Below are positions 37,823-46,356 of a stretch of 64,000 nucleotides of DNA, piece after piece; positions within the stretch are counted from its first letter, which is position 1; each line of letters starts with the position of its first letter. Source of the DNA: Dehalococcoidia bacterium (GTDB taxonomy: Bacteria > Chloroflexota > Dehalococcoidia > Lucifugimonadales > UBA3495); NCBI GenBank assembly GCA_965208825.1, contig CBDBPP010000005.1:1038718-1102717 (forward strand), given 5' to 3'. The translations under genes were made by a program, and so were the position numbers. A model generated the notes under the pieces. The model was not told the DNA's origin, ran no database searches, and saw only the letters and a list, made by a program, of their open reading frames with translations.

Positions 37823-38923
37823 TTACGCCACGGCGTAATGGCGAAGGGCATCCTGGTCGAAGGCTAGGCCCAGGCCGGGTTTGTCCGGAACGTGGAGGCT
37901 GCCATCGACGAAGGCCGGCGTCTCCTCCCACAGTCGCAGCGACCAGGGCATGTACTCAACGGTCAGGCCGTTGGGGATGGAGGCCATTAGCTGGATGTGT
38001 ATCTCCGGCACCAGGTGGCTGACCACCGGCAGGTTGAAGGCCTCGGCCATGGCGGCGACCTTGCGCCAGGGAGTGATGCCGCCGACGCGCAGCAGGTCGA
38101 TCATCACGATGTCCACCGACCGGTTCTCGATGAGCTGCCGGAAGGGATTGACGCCGTAGAGGTACTCGCCGGAGCAGATGGGGGTGTAAAGGGCGTCGGC
38201 CACCTTGGCCATGCCCTGGTAGTCATCGGCGGCGACCACGTCCTCCAGCCAGTACAGGTGGTAGTCCTCGACACGGTGCCCCACGTCAATGGCGCGGTTC
38301 ACGCTCCAGAGCTGGTTGATATCGCACATCAGGTCGATGTCGTCGCCCACGGCATCGCGCAGGGTGCGGATGCGGTCCACCTCGCGGTTGGCCGAGGCTT
38401 CGGCGCCCATCTGCGTCTTCATCTGGCGGAAGCCTTTCTCGACGAGCATCGGGCCGATCTCGGCCAGGCGTTCTACGTTCACCGGCCGCATCAGGGCGCC
38501 GCTGGCGTAGGTGGGGACGCTGCTGCGGTAACCGCCCAGCAGGGAGGCGACGGTCTGCCCGAGAGCCTTGCCCTTGATGTCCCAGAGGGCCATGTCCACG
38601 GCGGCCATGGCCATGGTCAGGATGCCGCCGGGGCCGGCGCCGGAGGTGGCCTCACCTAGCCGGGCGACGATGCCCTCGATCTCCATTGGGTCCTCGCCAA
38701 CGGTCAGTTCTGCCAGGGCGTCGACGGTGCCTCGCAGGGCGCTGGCCACGGGGCTGGCGGTCAGCGCCGGAATGAACGTCAGGCCGACGCCGTCCACTCC
38801 CTCATCGGTGGTCATCTCCAGGGTGACGAAGGCCCGTTGCCGTCCGGTATCCGGGAGGCTGTTGGCCAGGGGATCGTCGGCTGGAGTGTGCAGGATGCGG
38901 GTCCGGGAGCCGGAGATTTTCAT
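37823..38923 (-). CDS. Mandelate racemase/muconate-lactonizing-enzyme (enolase superfamily) protein
   Basis: 366 aa with an N-terminal capping domain and a barrel carrying acidic metal-ligand positions (DINQLW, WLEDVV). The substrate is unknown. Confidence 0.7.
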   Translation of the reverse strand: MKISGSRTRILHTPADDPLANSLPDTGRQRAFVTLEMTTDEGVDGVGLTFIPALTASPVASALRGTVDALAELTVGEDPMEIEGIVARLGEATSGAGPGGILTMAMAAVDMALWDIKGKALGQTVASLLGGYRSSVPTYASGALMRPVNVERLAEIGPMLVEKGFRQMKTQMGAEASANREVDRIRTLRDAVGDDIDLMCDINQLWSVNRAIDVGHRVEDYHLYWLEDVVAADDYQGMAKVADALYTPICSGEYLYGVNPFRQLIENRSVDIVMIDLLRVGGITPWRKVAAMAEAFNLPVVSHLVPEIHIQLMASIPNGLTVEYMPWSLRLWEETPAFVDGSLHVPDKPGLGLAFDQDALRHYAVA

Positions 38924-39275
38924 GGCGTAGAGTCCCCAATGGTTGTCTGGAAAGCCGCGCCCATTCTAACACAGGGGATGTGCCGCCACGGTCTCGCGCA
39001 GTGCATCCGGCGGGCATCCGAAGGTGGTGCCGGCTACAGCGCCGCCCCGCAGCCGCCGCAGAACACGGGGCCGGAGGACACGCCACGCTGCCAATGAAGA
39101 TGGGGATCAGCACCACCAAGAAAGGTTAAGCCACCGGTATTCGGACCGGCAGGCCCGGTCTCTATCATTGACATGGTTGCGTGAGGCGGACAGGACCGCC
39201 TGAAAAGGACAGATGCCTGGAGGTACCGGTCACCGGCCTGCGATCGGTTGCGCCCGCCGCGCCGCTGACCCCGCC

Positions 39276-39839
39276 TCAGACAGCCTTGCCGCAGACGGTG
39301 CAGAACCGGGCCGCCGGCTGCAGGTTCATCCCGCACTGGGTGCAATATCGTGGCTGGTTCGGGTCGGGGGGCGAGACTGGGGGAGGCGTCGCCGGGGTCG
39401 CAGTCGGGCCTGCCGGTCCGGATACGCTGGTGGGAGGCGGAGGAGGCGCGTGGGGCAGTCCCTGCTGCGGGCCAGAGGCTCCGCCAGCGCTCCGCTGGGA
39501 CGGCTGTGGGACTGGGCCATACCGATTGTTATACGGGTTGCCGGCTGGCGCGCACATGATGTACAGAATAATGGTACCCAGCGGGCCGAGCAGGTACAGC
39601 AATCCCCACCAGCCGGTCCGTCCGGTGTCGTGCAGTCGCCGGCAGGTCAGGGCCAGCATCGGTATTATGGATGCTAGCCACAGTATCAGCCAGAGAACGG
39701 CGCCGATGCCCGGAAGGGCGAACAGGACCAGGCTGAGCCAGAGAAACAGCACGAACCACCAGAACTCCGGACGGGTAGCCCTGCCACTGAAATTGGCGTA
39801 GTTTCGATATGCCGACTGGACCGACTGGACTGGGCCCAA
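39276..39839 (-). CDS. DUF805 membrane domain, Pro-rich linker and C-terminal zinc ribbon
   Basis: TTG 39839 lies 5 nt after GAGGAGG. The DUF805 part reads YANFSGRATRPEFWWF...RRLHDTGRTGWW, and the C-terminus reads YCTQCGMNLQPAARFCTVCG. Confidence 0.65.
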   Translation of the reverse strand: MGPVQSVQSAYRNYANFSGRATRPEFWWFVLFLWLSLVLFALPGIGAVLWLILWLASIIPMLALTCRRLHDTGRTGWWGLLYLLGPLGTIILYIMCAPAGNPYNNRYGPVPQPSQRSAGGASGPQQGLPHAPPPPPTSVSGPAGPTATPATPPPVSPPDPNQPRYCTQCGMNLQPAARFCTVCGKAV

Positions 39840-39916
39840 GAATACCTCCTCAGGTCTCCCGCACGTCTTGTAGCGGGAGATCGCGATGTTTGCCGGGGGG
39901 ACGTTCCGATGGCGGA

Positions 39917-40555
39917 TCAGGCCGCCGTCCCGCACACAGAACAGAACCGGGCGTCGGGCTGTAGCTGCATGCCGCAATTGGTGCAGTACGTTCGGCTTTC
40001 CTCATTGTCTCTGTTCGTTGCTTCGGGGAGTAGGTACTGGTCCTCGGGCCCAGGAGCGGAGATGCCAGAGCCACCTGGCTGATGGGATGAGTAGGGGTGC
40101 CCGCTCTGGGGATAGCCGTAGCCGCCGGGGCCGGGACTCTGCTGTAGGGGATTGGCACCGTACTGGTTGGGACCGGGATCGCTGGGCTGCACCAGGAACA
40201 CCAGTAAGACAACGAATCCTACGATCGACCCCAGTGCCACCAGGGCAATGCCAAGGGCTCCGAGGCCCGCAAAGGTCAGGACGGCCCCGGCTACGGCGCC
40301 TCCCACGGCCAGTCCTATGGGCAGCAGCACCCACCAGCCGGTCCGGTTGGTGTCGTGCAGTCGCCGCACTGTGACCGCGAGAGAGGGCAGCAACAGGGCC
40401 AGGGCAACTATGACGTTCAGCACCGGAATCCACGTCGTGATCAGCCGCACGATCAGGGTGAAGAGGAAGAACCACCAGTACTCCGAGCGGGACGCCCTGC
40501 CGCTGAAAACTATGTATTTCTGGAAGCAGACCGCGATCGATTGCGTGAACGTCAT
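39917..40555 (-). CDS. DUF805 membrane domain, Gly/Pro-rich linker and C-terminal zinc ribbon (tandem paralogue)
   Basis: ATG 40555 lies 7 nt after GGAGGA. The sequence begins MTFTQSIAVCFQKYIVFSGRASRSEYWWF and contains RRLHDTNRTGWW; the C-terminus reads YCTNCGMQLQPDARFCSVCG. Confidence 0.7.
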   Translation of the reverse strand: MTFTQSIAVCFQKYIVFSGRASRSEYWWFFLFTLIVRLITTWIPVLNVIVALALLLPSLAVTVRRLHDTNRTGWWVLLPIGLAVGGAVAGAVLTFAGLGALGIALVALGSIVGFVVLLVFLVQPSDPGPNQYGANPLQQSPGPGGYGYPQSGHPYSSHQPGGSGISAPGPEDQYLLPEATNRDNEESRTYCTNCGMQLQPDARFCSVCGTAA

Positions 40556-40829
40556 TTGCGCTTCCTCCGGGAGAGGGCTGCAATCCTGTTGGCGATCACC
40601 CCGCCGACTTTGCGCAGGCACATATGATACTATCACGGCGTTCGTCGTAGGGCGGAGAAGCACGAGGAGAAGGGCCTCCTCAAGGTTGGTTCGTCATTAC
40701 CGGGCGAACGAGAATGCGGCCTCTATGCAAATGAGGCTTTATGGACTCCCGTTTTCGCGGGAGTAGCGGATTGTCCGGTACTAGGAGGGACCGAGACTAC
40801 ATTGAAAAGGTCCCGCAAGGAGAGGAAGG

Positions 40830-41672
40830 ATGAAGATTGGTGTAAGCACCGTGATCAACAGCAACTCCATGGGCCCGGCGGAGCTGGCCCGCAAGGCGGA
40901 GGATGTGGGATTCGATTCCTTCTGGCTGCCGGAGCATCCCGTAATCCCGGTGCACTCAAACTCGAGGTACGGAGGCACACCCGACGGTTCCATCCCGCCC
41001 TTCATGGCGGATCTGGGGGACCCGTTTATCGGGCTGGCGATGGCCTCGGCCAATACCAACCGTATCAAATTGGGGACCGCCGTATGCCTGGTGCCCGAAC
41101 ACAACCCACTGGTGCAGGCGAAGCAGATAGCCGCCCTTGACCACCAGTCCGCAGGACGGTTCATTTTCGGAATCGGTGCCGGGTGGCTGCAAGAGGAAAC
41201 CGAGATCATGGGCGGCGACTTCGAGCATCGCTGGACCCAGACCCGGGAGGCCATCGAGGTGATGAAGGCGCTCTGGACGCAGGACGAGGCCGAGTATCAC
41301 GGCCGATACTACGACTTTCCTCCGGTCAAGATGTACCCCAAGCCTGCCCGGAAGCCGCATCCCCCGGTGTTCCTGGGTGGCGCGGCCCGCAATGTCTTCC
41401 GGCGGGTGGTCGCCTACGGGGACGGGTGGATGCCGGTGCGCGCTACCCCCGGGGACGTTCAGGCAGCACGGGCCACACTGGATGAACTGGCGGTGTCGGC
41501 CGGACGGGACCCGAAGAGTATTGAAATCTGTGTCTCCGGAGCGGCGGACCTGGACGAGATCGGGCGCATGGAGGATGCCGGGGCAACGATGGCCACCGTG
41601 CGGTTGCCCTCCAGTGCCCCGGGCGAGGCGTTCCCCGCCATGGAGAAACTGGCGGAGGATGTCCTTCGTTAG
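40830..41672 (+). CDS. LLM-class F420/flavin-dependent oxidoreductase (paralogue of 31336..32187)
   Basis: Contains DVGFDSFWLPEHP and GRFIFGIGAGWLQEETEIMGGDFEHRWTQTREAIEVMKALWTQDEAEYHGRYYDFPPV. Confidence 0.8.
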   Translation: MKIGVSTVINSNSMGPAELARKAEDVGFDSFWLPEHPVIPVHSNSRYGGTPDGSIPPFMADLGDPFIGLAMASANTNRIKLGTAVCLVPEHNPLVQAKQIAALDHQSAGRFIFGIGAGWLQEETEIMGGDFEHRWTQTREAIEVMKALWTQDEAEYHGRYYDFPPVKMYPKPARKPHPPVFLGGAARNVFRRVVAYGDGWMPVRATPGDVQAARATLDELAVSAGRDPKSIEICVSGAADLDEIGRMEDAGATMATVRLPSSAPGEAFPAMEKLAEDVLR

Positions 41673-41716
41673 CCTTTCCGAGGCACGCCGAAGCCACTGC
41701 CGCCGGACCGAAATAA

Positions 41717-41746
41717 AGAGACCGGGATGTCATTCCCGGTCTCTTC
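41717..41746. terminator. Bidirectional rho-independent-like terminator
   Basis: AAGAGACCGGGA-tgtca-TTCCCGGTCTCTT. On the minus strand it is followed by TATTT. Confidence 0.6.
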
Positions 41747-41781
41747 TGCTTCCTCTATCAGCCGTACCGATGAAAGGCCCC

Positions 41782-42540
41782 TCAGTATGGACTGCGCGGC
41801 CTTTCGGGCGGCTCCTCCTCATTCTGGGTGGTCTCCACTTCCACACTGGCGTCGTACATGGAACGTCCTTCGCCGGAAAAGTCGGGCTCCGGGGTTTCCG
41901 TATAGCTGCCGGAGCTGCGGGAGGCTTCCTCAACGTGCCCGGTATAAGTCTCTGCGACCGCCGGAATGCTTTCTTCGGCTTGGCTAGACGGGTCCGGGGA
42001 CTCGGAAAGATCAGCCAGGTCCTGTCCGCTGCTGTAGGTCTCCACGTCGGCCTGCAGCTCCTGTGGCCCGTCGTCAAATGATGGATCCATTTCCTGGTCG
42101 CTGCCCCTGGAGAGAATGGCCCCGTCGACGTAAGCGGCCCCGCTTTGCTCGCCGTGGTAGCGGGCCAGCGCGTCCTCCAGGTGGCCCCTGAATGTTCCCG
42201 GGTCCCGCATCATCAGCATCATCCGGCTACCCGACACCATTCGGATTCGCAGACGCTCGCCCAGGGGCAGGGCCAGGAGTTCGACGTGCGAGATCTCCGC
42301 GAAGGAAATGACCCGGGTTCGGGGAAATCCATAAACGATCACCATGGAGTCGCGGTAGAGCAGGAACTGCCTGGGCGTGGTGAGCCAGCTGTAGGCGGCC
42401 ATGCCCAGGCCGAGAATGATCAGGAGCACGGCCTGCATGAAAATGCCCAGCACTGCCACGACCACCGAGAAGATGAGGGTGAGGTTCCACTTGGTGGCGT
42501 GCTGGTCCCAATAGATGGGTGTGTCCTGCTGCTGAGCCAT
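41782..42540 (-). CDS. Hypothetical membrane protein: two TM helices, a possible PH-like domain and an acidic disordered tail
   Basis: 252 aa with hydrophobic segments LIFSVVVAVLGIFMQAVLLIILGLGMAAY. The C-terminal third is rich in D/E/S. No family recognised. Confidence 0.5.
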   Translation of the reverse strand: MAQQQDTPIYWDQHATKWNLTLIFSVVVAVLGIFMQAVLLIILGLGMAAYSWLTTPRQFLLYRDSMVIVYGFPRTRVISFAEISHVELLALPLGERLRIRMVSGSRMMLMMRDPGTFRGHLEDALARYHGEQSGAAYVDGAILSRGSDQEMDPSFDDGPQELQADVETYSSGQDLADLSESPDPSSQAEESIPAVAETYTGHVEEASRSSGSYTETPEPDFSGEGRSMYDASVEVETTQNEEEPPERPRSPY

Positions 42541-42786
42541 GACGGTATTCTAGCACACGATGCACGGGCGCGTCCGCTATCGATGGCAGGCTGCGCCATC
42601 ACCGCACCTTCGGGCGGGCCGGGCTGCGGATCTCCAGGAATTCCGCCCAGGGAATGACCTTTCCGCCCCGTAGGGGATACGGCCGTCATCCCGCTTTGAC
42701 ATTACCGGGGGACGCTGATATGTTTCAACGCGGTACGCACAAATCCGGCCCGGCCCCGCGACGCTGCCTGTGCAGACGGCGACGGG

Positions 42787-43341
42787 TTGGCCCTGCTACA
42801 GGACAGGATCGTGACACAACCCAGCCAGCGTTCCGAAAACTGGGCCCACCTCATAGTCCAGGCCCTCAAGGACTGGGACACCTCGCTCATTGCGTATGTG
42901 CCTGACTCGTCGATTCACCGGGTGACCCGGATCATCGACCAGGACCCTTTCTTCCACCTGGTCTCGGCAACCCGGGAGGAGGAGGCCGTGGGCATCGCTG
43001 TCGGCTCCTACGCCGCCGGACGCAACGCGGCCGTGTTCATGCAGACCAGCGGCTTCGGCAATAGCATCAACGCCCTGGCCAGCCTCTGCATCCCGGCTCG
43101 CACGCCCATCCCGTTCTTCATAAACATGCGGGGCGGGACCGGGGAATTCAACATCTCCCAGGTCCCCATGGGAAGGACCACAGTCCCCATCCTCGACCTT
43201 TTCGGCGTGGTCAACTACACCATTGACGACGACTACCGGATGGACAACCTTCTCGACGGCGCCTTGAAGCTGTGCCACGCCAACCGGCAGCCCGTCGCCA
43301 TCTGCCTCACCCAGAGGCTGCACGGAGGAAAAATTGCGTAG
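42787..43341 (+). CDS. ThDP-dependent decarboxylase alpha subunit (sulfopyruvate decarboxylase ComD-like; the phosphonopyruvate type is not excluded)
   Basis: This is the N-terminal pyrimidine-binding-type domain: LIAYVPDSSIHRV...SATREEEAVGIAVGSYAAGRNAAVFMQTSGFGNSINAL. The start is uncertain (TTG 42787). Confidence 0.55.
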   Translation: MALLQDRIVTQPSQRSENWAHLIVQALKDWDTSLIAYVPDSSIHRVTRIIDQDPFFHLVSATREEEAVGIAVGSYAAGRNAAVFMQTSGFGNSINALASLCIPARTPIPFFINMRGGTGEFNISQVPMGRTTVPILDLFGVVNYTIDDDYRMDNLLDGALKLCHANRQPVAICLTQRLHGGKIA

Positions 43342-43912
43342 GTTCGACGCCACTGCCCTGACCCTGAGGCTGGCCGGCGACCGGGCCATCGTCGGCAACC
43401 TCGGTCCTACCTCCGACGAGCTATGGCACGCCGGCCACCGGGACCGCAATTTCTACACCTATGGCAACATGGGTCTGGTCTCGTCGCTGGCTCTGGGTAT
43501 GGCCCTGGCCACAGACGAGCAGATCATCTCCCTGGACGGCGATGGTTCGCTGCTGATGAACATGGGTGCCTTGGCCTCCATCGGCCGGGAGCAGCCCAAG
43601 AACCTGATAGTTGTCGTTTACGACAATGAGGCCTGGGGCCAGACCGGAAACCAGACGAGCCACACTGGCACCGGCACCGACTTGGAGCAGGTGGCAATAT
43701 CCTGCGGTATTGCAAGCACCACGACCGTGAGCGATCTGGAGGAATACGAGGGAGTTCTGTCCAGTGCCCTGAGCAGCGACGGACCGCACTTTATCGTGGC
43801 CAAGGTTGAAGAGGTGGGCTATCTCCCCGTTGCCCCGGTGGAGCCCGAATTCACGCTCTACCGGTTCCGCAACACCTTCGTGGAGGGCCAGAAGCCCCAG
43901 CCGCCGCACTGA
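43334..43912 (+). CDS. ThDP-dependent decarboxylase beta subunit (ComE-like)
   Basis: TTG lies 4 nt after GGAGGA and overlaps the upstream stop by 8 nt. The diphosphate-binding motif is LDGDGSLLMNMGALASI...VVVYDNEAWGQTG. Confidence 0.55.
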   Translation: MRRFDATALTLRLAGDRAIVGNLGPTSDELWHAGHRDRNFYTYGNMGLVSSLALGMALATDEQIISLDGDGSLLMNMGALASIGREQPKNLIVVVYDNEAWGQTGNQTSHTGTGTDLEQVAISCGIASTTTVSDLEEYEGVLSSALSSDGPHFIVAKVEEVGYLPVAPVEPEFTLYRFRNTFVEGQKPQPPH

Positions 43913-43954
43913 CTGGTCCGTGCGGGTTGGGTAATATGCGCAGCGTGACGACTA

Positions 43955-43977
43955 GGGGCGGGTATAATACCCGCCCC
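43955..43977. terminator. GGGGCGGGT-ataat-ACCCGCCCC stem-loop between convergent genes
   Basis: Perfect 9-bp GC stem from the same sequence family as the 32.2-kb array. Confidence 0.45.
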
Positions 43978-44003
43978 ACTTTCTGCCCGAATCCGAACGC
44001 GGC

Positions 44004-44768
44004 CTAGTTCTTTACATGCCGGTCGAACCAGCCCAGGGTGCGGGCCAGTGCGTCCGCTGCCGCGTCCTCCCGGTAGTCGGGGCGCTCGTCGCAGTTGAAA
44101 CCGTGACCGGCTCCTGGGTACATCTTGAAGTCATAGGTGACGCCCGCCGCCTTCAGGGCCTCTTCTATCTGGGCCACGTCCTCCGGCGTCGGGTTGGCGT
44201 CGTCTTCGCCAAAATTGCCCATGACGGGAATCTTGATGTTGGATGTGCGTTCGATGGGAGCGGGGCCGTCGCCGAACGGCACGAGTATACGGCCGCCGTA
44301 GTAGACCGAAGCTGCGCTTAGCCCCGGGCAACTGGTGGCCGCCAGGTAGGTTATGCGACCCCCGACACAGTAGCCGACGATGCCGATCTTGTTGCCCCGG
44401 GTCCGCTGGTACCGGTTCTGCAGGTAGTTGATGGTCTCATTGACGTCCTGAACGATTTCGTCGTCGTTCAGTGCCCCCATATACTGCATCACCTGCGGCA
44501 TCTGGTCGTACCCCAGCTTCGCGTTGGGGTGCTGGCGGTGATAGAGGGACGGTGCGACCGCCACATAGCCGTGTCGGGCATACTCGTCGCATATCTGCTC
44601 GATGTGACGGGTAACGCCGAAGGCCTCCATGATCACAATGACCGCCGGAAAGCTGCTGCCCTCGGACGGCGCGGGGTGACTCACGTAGGTCGCCATGTCC
44701 ATCCCTTGTGACACCATTACATCTTCGCTTTCGTCTGCGAACCTTATATTTTCCCAGAATGATGGCAT
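44004..44768 (-). CDS. Dienelactone hydrolase-family protein
   Basis: Contains FPAVIVIMEAFGV, the nucleophile motif GIVGYCVGG, and GAGHGF. Confidence 0.75.
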   Translation of the reverse strand: MPSFWENIRFADESEDVMVSQGMDMATYVSHPAPSEGSSFPAVIVIMEAFGVTRHIEQICDEYARHGYVAVAPSLYHRQHPNAKLGYDQMPQVMQYMGALNDDEIVQDVNETINYLQNRYQRTRGNKIGIVGYCVGGRITYLAATSCPGLSAASVYYGGRILVPFGDGPAPIERTSNIKIPVMGNFGEDDANPTPEDVAQIEEALKAAGVTYDFKMYPGAGHGFNCDERPDYREDAAADALARTLGWFDRHVKN

Positions 44769-44984
44769 GGAACTCCTCCTGATGCATAGTTGGGCGGTGC
44801 CGCGCCCCTGCGCGTGAGTCGCTTGCCGTTTGTGTCCACTGATGGCGGGGGGCCGCGGACCTCGGCCGGGGGTGCGACGCGCGCCGGAGGCGACGGCGAA
44901 CTGTTATGGGATTCTATCAGATTCGCAAAGGCGGGAATAGCGGAGAGACTCACCCTGGAACCGCTCCTGTTTCGTTGGCCGGTC

Positions 44985-45650
44985 CTAAGCACCAGCAGCG
45001 GCTTCAATGGTCGTTTCGGATCGGCCCAGGGAATAGCCAGTGTGACGGAGTCGGCCGCGATGAGCGTAACCGGTCCAATCCAGCCCCCTATCGCCGGTTT
45101 CGGCCAGCGGATCCTGCTTGTCTGGGACCCGGCCATAGGGACGTTTACGCCGCCGGGGTGGTCTTGCCCGTCCACCCTGATTCTTTCCTGCTGGTTTTAG
45201 TTTTCCCTGCTCCTGATGAGTCTCGATGATGCCGCAGAAGTTCAAGCCGTTCCCGGACACGCAGGAAATCGTCTTAAGGCTGGGCGTCTGGTACCACGGT
45301 GGGAGATAGGGGTCCTGGTAGTGCTGGAGCCAGGGCTTGATTCGCGGGTAGTTGCCGTACCTTATCTCGAATCGGCTGTCATAATTGTATGCGGCCCGCT
45401 GCTCGCTTCATTTCACCAGCCCTACTTCCCATTCACGCCGTCCCGGCCACGAGTGGGCCGCGGGCATCGGCAGGTTGCTGATTTCATCCATCCTTCTGTC
45501 GGGCCAGCCGTCGGTGGCTAGCGCAGCGCCCGCCTCCTTGTTCCAGCTTCCACCCCCCCGGAAATGTCCCTCTCGGCCGGAGCCAGCCAACCACACAACC
45601 TGTTTCAATCGAACACATCTGTAATCGCGCCATGCTATCTGGTCTGAAAC
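44985..45650 (-). pseudogene. Possible decayed gene: one minus-strand frame open for 222 codons (45650 down to 44985) apart from a single in-frame TGA (45408-45410)
   Basis: Track ORFs 45408..45608 and 44985..45260 share a frame, and I translated the 147 nt between them without finding a stop. The middle part (...AAYNYDSRFEIRYGNYPRIKPWLQHYQDPYLPPWYQTPSLKTISCVSGNGLNFCGIIETHQE) looks protein-like, but the 3' tail is Arg-rich and looks non-coding. No family recognised. Confidence 0.25.
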
Positions 45651-45987
45651 TCAATTAGCGTATAGACAGGACATCGTAATGTGTTTACATATATTATTTA
45701 GTGTGAGATATGTATAATATGATGATGATAATAGATAACTGGAGAAACAGTAAATAGTGCTCTACATCGTTTATCTCTACGATATCGGGTCGTTGATCAA
45801 CACACCGACCGGGTTAACTCTGGACCGGCCGTCCTGCGGCCATCTCCGGCGAATTGCTGTAACGAGGGCCGCATAGCGTCTGCGCGGTACATCCGCCGGA
45901 ACAAGCTTTCAGGAGGATTGAGTTGCCCTCGAGGTCTGGTTTCCTCAGTTGCAGGGCATCAATTATCACGGCAGGAGGCGTGCATTC

Positions 45988-46152
45988 ATGGCTTTACAGA
46001 AGAGTGACGGACGGAGGAAAAATGCCATTCGGATGCGACGGCTGAGAGAGCTAAGAAGGATAAAAAGAGAGGAGGCCAGGGCCCGGGAAACAAGGGAACA
46101 GGCATCCATTCTCCTGAGGTCAATGTCCAAGCAGGAAATCGTGCCCAGCTAG
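45988..46152 (+). CDS. Small, highly basic hypothetical protein (54 aa)
   Basis: AGGAGG lies 9 nt upstream of ATG 45988. The sequence is MALQKSDGRRKNAIRMRRLRELRRIKREEARARETREQASILLRSMSKQEIVPS, predicted helical and charged. Confidence 0.4.
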   Translation: MALQKSDGRRKNAIRMRRLRELRRIKREEARARETREQASILLRSMSKQEIVPS

Positions 46153-46356
46153 CTCCGGGATGACAGGTTCAGCCCAATGCTCCCGTCTACGCCTCCACTA
46201 TTGCCCTGGCAGACGCTGGTCCGGCCGAACAGGTCCATCCGTTCTTGGCGGGTCGGCAAGATGATCCCCTCGGCGCGGTCCAGGTCTCGGACTTGCGATC
46301 GGTTCCGAAATCGTGCGGCGGGAGGCACGGCTCGCGGGACGCTCCGTTACGAATCC

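Noticed and set aside
39034-39174. A 47-codon frame ending ...GPVFCGGCGAAL as a third functional DUF805/zinc-ribbon gene
   Set aside because: It has only one CxxC pair, no DUF805 core and no SD. At most it is a degraded remnant, and it is mentioned under the DUF805 finding.
44744-45200. Track ORFs 44744..45175 (minus strand) and 44790..45200 (plus strand) as independent genes
   Set aside because: The two ORFs overlap on opposite strands and lack motifs and SD sequences. One may be the frameshifted tail of the putative pseudogene, and I cannot support either as a functional CDS.
45408-45410. Reading the in-frame TGA as selenocysteine
   Set aside because: I could not find a convincing SECIS-like stem-loop immediately downstream. 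The best candidate, GCGG-g-CCGC, cannot form. There is no Cys/Sec-type redox motif context, and the 3' part of the frame looks non-coding. A pseudogene is the more likely explanation.
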